This document shows, in pieces, positions 54,896-64,000 of a stretch of DNA of 64,000 nt. The position numbers were made by a program, and so were the translations under genes. The first letter of the stretch is position 1. Each line of letters starts with the position of its first letter. The stretch covers positions 1-64,000 of the forward strand of contig OZ025755.1 in assembly GCA_964019335.1 (NCBI GenBank), given 5' to 3'. A model generated the notes under the pieces. The model was not told the origin of the DNA. It was given only the letters and a program-made list of their open reading frames with translations, and made no database searches. Origin of the DNA: Diplonema japonicum. Taxonomy: Eukaryota; Protista; Euglenozoa: Diplonemea.

Positions 54896-56549
54896 TTAAT
54901 CAATAACACCGCCACCGCAAGGATTGCTAAAGGTAACAGGGTTAACCTTCCTTCTAGACATAAAGGCCGATTGTCTAGACCGCATAGCAAGGAAAGGGTG
55001 GTGAATGAGAACAGAAGCAGGGGAACGGGCAGCGTGGTCGCTTTGTAGAATTTTCGAAACAAAATCATGAAGCAACCTGTGCCGGGTGTGCGTGGGCTGC
55101 GGTGGCGGCGACGAAATAATTGTGTACAGAACCTTAATCTGCGAAAGATGGATGTTCGGCGGCTCACCATCGACAAGCTCCAGCAATAAAATCCCAAGCG
55201 ACCAAATATCTGCTTTGTCATCGTACGGCTCACCACGAATAACCTCCGGGGCCATCCAGTAAGGTGTGCCTACAACCGTCTCTCGCTTCTTCCTACCGTC
55301 CGCCATGTCAGCCCCGAACCCAAAATCTGCCAGAACAAGCTTCCCACTAGGGTCCACCAAAACATTGTCACTCTTGATATCCCTGTGGAGAAGGCCATGG
55401 TTGTGAAGGTACCCCAGCACATCCACCAACACATGGCTTACATACGCAACGTCCTCGTCATTATACAAATTGTCCAAACCGATCATATCTGTGAGCTTTC
55501 CCCCAGCCATGTATTCCATCGCAATCCACAAAGTCCCTGGAACCGGTTGAAAACAGTTGAAAAAATTTATGATGTTCTTGTGGTTTGAACCCTTCATGAT
55601 GCGGATCTCGTTCTCAAGCGCGGGTATTTCTTTTCTGGAATATTTTTTTTTTTTTTTTTTTTTTGAAAGAAAAATTTTCATACTCTGGTTTTCTTATAAA
55701 TATTTTTTTCAACGCTACCGTCAGCCCGTCCGAGATTCTGACTGCTTTGTACACCTCTCCTTGGCTGCCTGCGTCAACTTTTAACAAATTCGTGAAGAGT
55801 CGAAGCGGGTCACCTGGAGATACCAATTCTTTCAAAGGCAGCTTTGAATACTGCCCGCTCATGACTTTCCCAGACACGTGAGACACCGGAGCTTGCGTTC
55901 GTGTGTTGCTGCTGAAATTGACTATTAGGCGAAGGGTGTTTCGATGCGCTGTGAAGTCATCTGCCGTAAAGCCTTCGTCTATGAACATGGCCTCCCAGTG
56001 AGCGGGGAGACCGTGAAGTCCCAAAGCAGTTGTTCCAGAAGTGTCGGTTGTAACATTGATGACATTAGTGAGGGGTTCCGGGTCGCCAACGGTGTATGAT
56101 GGGTAGAATGGTTTAAAGTAACTTTCCCATTCTGTTACTTCTGCTCTGGTACGGCCGGCGATAACGAGTTCTTTCCATTTGTCGCCGGGTCTTCTGGGGG
56201 TTGTGAATGTCACTCTTAAACAGTAGTTTTTTTTACCTCGGGTTTCCATAACGGTGGCAAGGCCGGGAAGGAAGTAGCACCCCAAGGATCTGCTTGTAGC
56301 GTCTGTGCTGGGAAACCACAGCAAAAATTTTCCCATGATCACAAACCATCTTTTGTTCCAAGGGTTAATTGGGTTTGGGCCTAGTTTTTCCGCGCAGAAT
56401 CTTCTGCCTTCAACTTCTCCGAAGGCCCTTGGCTCGAGCAGTAGCAGCTTCCATTCTACACAATCTGATTCGTCTTCAGGTTGGTCAACCCGCACTACCG
56501 GGGTGCATAGGTCGAAGGCCACACGCTTTGCGGCAGCCCGGTGATTCAT
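54896..56549 (-). CDS. PH-domain STE20/PAK-like Ser/Thr kinase; intron 55635-55683
   Basis: PH (WNKRWFV...EW); HRDIKSDN, DFG, VVGTPYWMAPE; splicing joins the two ORFs (IRKPEKEIPAL). Confidence 0.92.
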
Positions 56550-57624
56550 AATTACGACAATGAAACGTGAGCGAGAGAAGAAGAGAAAAGAGAGAAGGAA
56601 AAAAAAAAAAAAGAAAAAAATTATCGTAGATTCCTTCTATTTAGCATTTTTTTTTTTTTGTGTTGTGTTTTTTTTTTTTTTTTTTTGGTCCCTTTTTTTT
56701 TTTTTTTTTTGTTTGTAAATGGTGAGTATGTAAGAATGAAGAATATAAGAAGAAAAAAAAAAGAATAATAATAAGAAGAAAAAAAAAAAAAAAAAAAAAA
56801 AAAGGTTGAGTCTTGGCCATATAAACATGCTCGGTGCTGCACGTGAAGGACTTAAGATACTAAAAAAAGAAAATAAATATATGTATTCAAGCGATTGTTG
56901 CTTCCACAGCCGGAAATAAAATAGAAAAAAAAAGAGAGAAAAAAAAAAGGAGGAAAAAAAAATGATTCATGATTCTTATGACTTTGCTGTCTAGCAAAAT
57001 ATTGAGAAAAAAGCCACTAAGAAAAAAACAAAAACAAAGCTTCTTTTTCGGGGTACAAGTAGCATAGAAAATCACTTTTTTTTTCTTCTTCCTCTTTTTT
57101 TTTTTTTTTTCTCTTTTTTTTTTTCCTTCCCTTTCTTTTGTTGAAAAAAAGATTTAACAAAAAAAATTTTTTTTTGTAACGAAAAAGAGTGGGGGGGAAG
57201 GGGGGAAATAACACACAAAGCAAGGGTGTGGGGTGCCGGGATGTGGGGGGGAGGTAACTTTTTTTTTTTTAAAATTCCTTGACTGAGTACAGCCAAAGCA
57301 CCTTTTCCCCCCCCCCCTCACCATTCCTGCGGTATTCTGATCACTACAAAAACAAAATAATATCATCCAGAAGCACAACGGCGCAAAACAGCGCGAGTGT
57401 GAGGGGGTCAAGCACAGGGAATAATAATAAAAAATAAAAAAATAAAAAATAAAAAAAAAAAAACCCACAAGCAATCCCGGGCATTTTGGATTGAAAAGAA
57501 GGGGAAGGAAAGAAACGTAACGTATCGAGGGGGCCAACGGCGTGTCAGACCGTTGAGCAGAAAGTGACAAGGAATAAAAAAAAATAAAATAAAAAAGAAG
57601 GGACAGAAAGAGTGAAAGGTGGGT

Positions 57625-57668
<44 letters not shown>

Positions 57669-57919
57669 CCTTGCTGGGATCGATATTGTGCCGAAATACA
57701 AGTTATATATATTTTTTTTTACTGGAGAAGAAGAGGACTGGGGGAGGGGGATCCTAAATAATAGCAAAAAAAAAGAAAAAAAAAAAGCTTTCTTTTTTTT
57801 CTTTTCCCCTCCCACTCCCGCCCCCCTTCCTCAATTCATAACTTATTTTCGGGACATTTATGTTTGCGAAAAAAAAAAAATAATAATCAATTCCCACAAT
57901 TGCAAGAGCATGTAATAAT

Positions 57920-57956
<37 letters not shown>

Positions 57957-58114
57957 TGATTTACAAGCCTTATTCTCCCCCACCCCCACCCTTTCTAGCA
58001 AGATTCCCCTTCACAGATTTGCAAGAAAGTTATATTTCTTTTTAGTTTTTTTTAGTTTTTTTTTTTTTTCCAACAAAACAATACAATTTCAATTTTTTTT
58101 TTTCTTCCTCTTTC

Positions 58115-58531
58115 TCATTGTCTGAGTTCCTGTGTTCCCCCACTGGTGTTGACGTGAACAAACATTGTGTAGATCGTGCCTGCAAAGTAAGAGCACTTGT
58201 TGAGGGTTTGGTTGCTGCTTTGGTAAGGTGTGTCGGTGCAGTTGCCCCCTTTGTGTGTTTGTTTTTACCTTTTTTTTTTCCCCCCCTCAACCAATACCTG
58301 CAAAGTAGCTGAACACGGCCTGCTGGAGATCTATTTTAACTGTTTCACTGACCCTGAAAGGGGGCTGGTTTCCTACACCCACACAAACGTCCACTTTCCA
58401 CTCATTGCTGACTGACCCTCCACTACTGCAGTCTTGGCTTTCATAACTCAGCTCCTTCACAACACTAACACTGCTGACGAACAGCACGCTGCATAATAAA
58501 ACAAGAAGAGACAGAGAAAAGGAAACCTTCA

Positions 58532-58532
<1 letters not shown>
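58115..58532 (-). CDS. Small secreted Cys-containing protein; intron 58249-58297
   Basis: Signal MKVSFSLSLLVLLC; spliced exon 2 reads GGNCTDTPYQSSNQTLNKCSYFAG...LRQ*. Confidence 0.7.
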
Positions 58533-58563
<31 letters not shown>

Positions 58564-58850
58564 TGGGGTCGTGAACCTGTTTTTTTTTTTTTTTTTTTTT
58601 TTTTTGAAAAACCAAAAAAAAAAAAAGGTGGAAAAATAATAAAGGAGACAATAAAAAAAAACCCCTCCTTTCCCACTCCCCCCCCCTTTTTTTTCTGGCA
58701 CGTTTACAAGAAGATAGAAAAAAAAAGAAGAAAAAAAAAATAGATATTGTATTTACCGACAAAATTATGAGCCGTTAATTTAACCAGAGTTTTTCGGGGG
58801 GGGGGGGGATCCTGTAAATGAGGGTTAAACCACTACGGATCACTTCTGAC

Positions 58851-58894
<44 letters not shown>

Positions 58895-59652
58895 CCTTCC
58901 TAAAGCCTTTCGTCATTGTAAGTGGAGGGAATAAAAAAAAAAGAAATTAAATCTTGCTCCCCAATTACCATGGAGACTCCAAGCGGTAGGACTCCACGAT
59001 CGATATGCCGCCAAACGGGAAGCGTTGGCACTAAGCTTAGAAAAAGAGAAGAAAAAGGGGGGACCCATGAGCAGAAAAAAAAACCCCCCCCATGCACACA
59101 ATTTAATATGGTAGAAAAAACAAAATACCACACACAGGAAGAAGGGAAGAAAAGAGATGAGATAGAGAGAACATTGTGCATAGAAAGAATGGGAAAAGAA
59201 AAAGAAAAAAACCTCGGCTATTCAGAGCTCTTTTTTTTTTGTTCCCTTTTGTATTTTTTTTTTTATTTCCCACCCGAAGGAATCTTAAGGTCATCAATTA
59301 AGATTTCTATTCCCCATCTTCCTGGATAAAAAAAAAAGGGGGGAAAAAAAAAAGGGGGGAAAAAAAAAAGAAGTCGGTTTGATTGCTGTTTGTGCACAGC
59401 CTGGATAAACCCGTATAAGAAGGATAACCCACCCAACAATGCGTACCACTTTTTTTTTTTTTTTTTTCTTTTTGTTGTTGTTCAAGTAGAAAAAAAAACT
59501 TTTTTTTAAAAAATAATTTAAAAAAAAAACGTGTCCAAAACATGATTTCTTCGTTCTTCTTTTTTTTTTTTTCTTTTTTTTTTTTTTGGAGGGAGGCGCC
59601 CGGACATATTCTTCTGTGTTCAAAAAAAAAAATAATAATAATAATAATAATT

Positions 59653-60510
59653 TTACACCGTTGTTGTTGCTGTCCTTCTTTTACAACTCCGCAGGTCGGC
59701 TGCAGCGAAATGCAAACCCCGTTCAAGTTCCTTATTTGCATCGATGTGCGCAGACAGCCTGAGAGATGCCCTTAAATTCTGCCTTATTAATTCTTCGGAC
59801 CTCATCGAGGTCTCCTCCAGCTGGATGGTTTTCAGCGCTGCATCGTCCATCAAAGACTGGTTTAAATCCGTAAGTTCCGCGATTTTTTCCGTTGCCTCTT
59901 TGGTTTTTTTAAGGGTGGCGTTGTACGTGAGCAAGGGAGCCGAGGCAGCAGTTTCCAGTTTTTTGATTTTGTGCTGAAGATTATTCAGCTTTGTTTGCTG
60001 CCGAAGCAATTCTGATTCGTGTTCTTTCTGAACTCTGTCCGCTTCCGCTTCCGCTGTGTTCAGAGCATTGTGCTGTTCGGAGCAGGCCTGTAGTTCGGCC
60101 TTTTCCTTCTCAATGGATTTTACGATTTTCTGGTGTTTTTTTTTCGCTTCGTTGATTTTCATTCTCCATTGCTGTGCTTCGGCGGTGGGGGGGTTTTTGC
60201 TGACACCGACGCCGGGAGGGCGTATTTCTGTGCAGAATTCTACCTTGTCTGTTGTGTTTTCACTCTTCGCCCGGGTTCCCTTAAGTGCAGAGCGAAGACC
60301 AGTGCATTTTTCCACAACAATTTCAGGAGCAGGTTCCTCTCTGTGGCCTTGTCTCGTCGTCCCCCAGCCAACCTTCCCAGTCACGAATAACACCGACCAG
60401 ACCACATTTACAACTGCCACCGGGCACCAATCCCTCATTTCCCCGGGCGAGACCAAGAAATATCCAATAGCCAAAATTAGCCATGCGAGGAATAGCCATT
60501 TCAAAGGCAT
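59653..60510 (-). CDS. N-terminally membrane-anchored coiled-coil protein
   Basis: Two hydrophobic segments followed by heptad repeats. Confidence 0.75.
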   Translation of the reverse strand: MPLKWLFLAWLILAIGYFLVSPGEMRDWCPVAVVNVVWSVLFVTGKVGWGTTRQGHREEPAPEIVVEKCTGLRSALKGTRAKSENTTDKVEFCTEIRPPGVGVSKNPPTAEAQQWRMKINEAKKKHQKIVKSIEKEKAELQACSEQHNALNTAEAEADRVQKEHESELLRQQTKLNNLQHKIKKLETAASAPLLTYNATLKKTKEATEKIAELTDLNQSLMDDAALKTIQLEETSMRSEELIRQNLRASLRLSAHIDANKELERGLHFAAADLRSCKRRTATTTV

Positions 60511-61226
60511 TTTTTTTTTTTTTTTTTTTTTTTTTTTGCCCCTCGCTTTTTTTTTTTTTTTTAATTTTTTTTTTTTGTGGAATTAGAAAAAAAAATAAAA
60601 AAAAAATAAAAGAAAAATTGACAATGGGGATAAATAATAAATTGGGGATAAAATAAAAGAGATCGGAATAAAAAAAAAATGGACAAAACACGTACAGGGT
60701 AGGCAAGGGGGGGGGGGAGGGGGGGACAGAAAAAAAAAGAAAAAGGAAAAAAAAAAAAGGAGTGTGTCGAAGAAAGAAAGCAATATTTTTTTTTTTTAAT
60801 CTTCACAAAAAATTCTTCTTTTTTTTATATAAAAAAATTTGGCTTTTAAAGAATGAAACAACAATTTCTTATTCTCCTCTTTTTTTTCTTTTTTCTTTTT
60901 TTTTTCTCCTCTCCTCTCGAAACTCCCCCTCCCCTTTATTTCTTTTTTTTTTCTTTCTTCAATTTAAAAAAAAAAATATTTGGAACAAATACAAAGGAGG
61001 CAAAAAAAAAGGGGGGTCCACCCCCACATATTTGGTAAAATATCTACAAGAAGAACAAAAAAAAAAAAAAAAAAACGGTTTCCTTTCTTTCTTTCTTTCT
61101 TTCTTTTTTAAAAACACCTAGTTTCGCTTTAGCCGATTGGTTTTCTTTCATTTCCCTTAGATAAGAAAAAAGAAAAGGGGAAAGGGAAGTGGGAGGGGGG
61201 CAGAAACAGTTGAGTTAAGATTTGCA

Positions 61227-61257
<31 letters not shown>

Positions 61258-61490
61258 CCGAGTAACTGTACAAGTTGTGGGAAAAAAAAATGAGGGGGAA
61301 AGAAAAGACCAACAGGGGGAGATTCCGAGAAGGAAAAAAAAAAAGAGGGAAGGGTTATCAAAAAAAATAAAACACCCCCCCCTTTTGAATCACATAGAAA
61401 AAAAATAAAAATTACCCCCCCCTCATCTTTTCCCTCCCCCATAAAAAAAAACTTAACAAATGAAAACGCAGAGATTTTCCTACAATACAT

Positions 61491-62959
61491 ACCGGATTTG
61501 TATTTATATTGTTCAGCTTTAATAATGGTCTGGGGATTTAGTGTACTGTATAAATTATGTACCTTTTTCGGATTTTGGACCCAACTTGGGACTATTTACA
61601 GAACAATACAAAAGATTATTTTTTATTATTTTTGGCCTGATCCCCCCCCCCCCCCCCCCCCAGGACAAAGGCCCACAAAAATCAAAGTCACGTTTTCCTA
61701 CTTATTTACCACCTTAAAGCAGTTCCAACATAAATAATCATTTAAAAAAATCCAACCCTATACCCTGAATAAAAAACATGTCGCTCCATGGCTTCTTGAC
61801 TGCCCGTGACCGGTACGCGCCCATTGCAGGGGCTTCAACAGGCCTCTCCCCCCCAGCCGCCAGGCAGGCAGTGGAGGAAGAGATGTCCCGCTTGGAGGAA
61901 CCCCAGCCTGCCCGGAAGAACAAGAAGTGGACCGAGGCAGAGAAGGAGGAGCTGGGTGAACTGGTCCGGCAATTCGGCCTTTCAGCCGGAACGCGGAGTG
62001 GAACGAGAAGCACCCAACAAGACTGCCTCAAAGCCGGTTGCTGACCGGGTGAAACAGGACGTCATAGCTAAGCTACGCAAGCGATCCCGCGAGATTGCCC
62101 ATGGTGGGGGTGGGGAGGAAGAACCTGCAGATTATGCGTCCTTTTATTCTTGCCTGAAGTGTCGAGGCTTACCGCAAGCTAACAGAAATCACAATCCGGG
62201 CCAGGGTTCGCTTACCTTTTTAACGATCCCCCACCCGGGTCTGCAACCGTGCCCCCGCCCACTGAGGACGTTCCTGCGCCCTCGCCTGGCCCTCCGCTCC
62301 CGCCTTCCGAGGTCGGGCTGGTTCGAGAAGTGGTGCAAGAGTTGACCCGATGGAGATTGATCCATTGGGGCCATTGGGACTGTCAGTCGGCCCAGAACCA
62401 GCACCCAAAGACCCGGACATTGAGATCAATGAGATGTTCAGCAGGCTGGGCATCGACATTTCTGATGCACCTTCTGACGAAGAAGAAGAAGAAATGCCTG
62501 ACCAAGAAGCCTCAGCCCCAAGCCAAGCAGCGGCACCAAGCCAGGTGACCCCAAGCCAACGAACGAACAACGTGATGAGGGTGCCCTGCCCCAACTGCAG
62601 CGCAACCCTCAAGCAGGTTAGAAAGGAGACCAGTGTGGGAGTGCACGGAATGCTCTGGTGAGCATGACATGAGCACCCGCGGGAGGGTCTGCCCGTCCTG
62701 CGACTATGTGGTGTGCTTTACGTGCAGGACTGGGCAATAGTGAACTAGAATTGCGGTAATACCACCCCCCCTCCCCGGCTGGGGGGTATTTTGTTTTTGT
62801 CTTGGGATTTTTTATTTTTAGAGATATTTTCTGGGATTTTTTTTATTTTTGTAATTTTTATGTGCTGTCTTAATGGTGTTCTGTAAATATTATGTGCCTT
62901 TTTCGAATTTTTTGCCCAATTTGGGACTTTTCACATAACAATATAAGTACAAATCGGGT
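61491..62959 (+). mobile_element. ~1.47-kb TIR element with degenerate plus-strand Myb/SANT-like and Cys-motif coding relics
   Basis: 23-bp TIR with 2 mismatches (61491-61513 / 62937-62959); ~50-bp subterminal direct repeats; KKWTEAEKEELGELVRQFG; CPNC. Confidence 0.7.
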
Positions 62960-62990
62960 CAAAAAAAAAAAAAATAATAATAATAAAAAA

Positions 62991-64000
62991 TCACGGTTTT
63001 GCAGCATGTTCCCTGGCCTCACGAGCTGCCTCCCTTGCAGCATCACGGGCTTCACGGGCGGCTAGCTGTTTGTGTGTAACAAGCTGTGGAGTCCCGCCCC
63101 GTTTAGGGATGAAAAGCCGGAGTTTTTGCAGCATGGTGAATGCTTCGAACTCACGGTTGCCGTACGCGTGGATCGAAAGCTCCACCACAATGTTGATGAA
63201 CTCGAAGAAGGTAAGCCCGGTCTGACCCTCTTTGCTGTTCTTGTTTTTCTTGAGGAAGAGAAGCTCGAGCTCAGGCTGCGTCAGAGTGCGAATCTTATCG
63301 ACCAGGTTGGCTGGAACATCGATATTGAATGTTTTAAGCCCGTACTTGGGCTCGTAACCTTCGGGCATTCGGTACTCGTCCGCGTCGTGTCCAGTATGGT
63401 CTTCTCGTTTCCCGTCAGCTGTCATTTTTTTGCGGAGTTCGAACGCCTTGTTAGAGGCATAACCGGTGGTGGGTCTTTCAATGGATTCTTCCACCCTCAG
63501 GACGGCAGGTTTTTTCTCAGATGCGCCGAGCTGTCTGAACGATCTCACCACCCCGCACTCTCTAAAAAACTTGCAGAACCTTGTTGCAGACATTTCCCCC
63601 TTCTTCAACCCGCAAGCCTTGTCAAAACACTCCCGCAGCTCCTTGTTGAACAAAACTAAATGCTCGTGCTCATGAGAATCCGTACAGGGGTAAACTTGGA
63701 CATACTGACCCTTATGCGAGGACTCGTAGGATTTTCTGAGAGACGGTCGATGACGAGGGAGCAAACCGTAGGTTCCTAGTTTTAGCGCGGATGCGACCAA
63801 TGGTTCTTTGATGGATTGATCCAAGGGAGAGCTTGCTTCTAATGACGGACCGGCGTTGACTTCTAGAAGCCAGGGTTTCAATTTTTCGTCGAACATAACG
63901 TCAAAACCGAGAATTTGGAAGCATTTGTAAGCGTCGTCAGCGGGTTTAGAAATAGCCTCTAGGTTGATCTGAAGCGAGGGTTGCAACGCAAGCATTGTGT
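62991..64000 (-). CDS. Tubulin-tyrosine-ligase-like (TTLL) protein, C-terminal part; gene starts beyond the window
   Basis: CFQILGFDVMFDEKLKPWLLEVNAGPSL. Confidence 0.92.
   Translation of the reverse strand, partial: TMLALQPSLQINLEAISKPADDAYKCFQILGFDVMFDEKLKPWLLEVNAGPSLEASSPLDQSIKEPLVASALKLGTYGLLPRHRPSLRKSYESSHKGQYVQVYPCTDSHEHEHLVLFNKELRECFDKACGLKKGEMSATRFCKFFRECGVVRSFRQLGASEKKPAVLRVEESIERPTTGYASNKAFELRKKMTADGKREDHTGHDADEYRMPEGYEPKYGLKTFNIDVPANLVDKIRTLTQPELELLFLKKNKNSKEGQTGLTFFEFINIVVELSIHAYGNREFEAFTMLQKLRLFIPKRGGTPQLVTHKQLAAREARDAAREAAREAREHAAKP

Noticed and set aside
58269-58297. 29-nt intron using the first AG
   Set aside because: The acceptor at 58249 gives a more protein-like Cys-containing exon with a prompt stop; needs RNA confirmation.
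56600-61450. tRNA/snoRNA genes in higher-complexity islands of the long spacers
   Set aside because: No cloverleaf or paired C/D boxes could be supported by eye; tRNAscan-SE or Infernal would be needed.

Overview
Eukaryotic nuclear DNA, almost certainly from a diplonemid (Euglenozoa). Three embedded copies of a spliced-leader sequence, (A)CCAACGATTCTAAAGCTACAGTTTCTGTACTTTATTG, closely match the diplonemid SL as I recall it. From ~6.5 kb to the end of the window, ~25 protein genes all lie on the minus strand. They are separated by homopolymer-rich spacers with polypyrimidine/AG trans-splice-type acceptors, as in a polycistronic-type directional cluster, and contain short GT-AG introns, many with a poly(A) tract where a polypyrimidine tract is expected. 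The most unusual part is 1-4524: a head-to-tail chain of reverse-transcript-like segments (SL at the 5' end, an AlkB-type 2OG-Fe(II) dioxygenase ORF, a 26-bp minisatellite 3' region and an oligo(A) end). Two junctions carry telomere-like GGGTTTGC repeats, suggesting an undescribed SL-capped, repeat-primed retroelement system; no reverse transcriptase is visible in the window. Also present: a giant secreted protein with two inactivated GH18 domains next to an intact GH18-CBM1 paralog, two TA-flanked MITEs, a TIR element with a Myb-like relic, an ER parvulin-thioredoxin fusion, panC, an ACAD9/VLCAD-like protein and a PH-PAK-like kinase. All calls are by eye; no searches were run.
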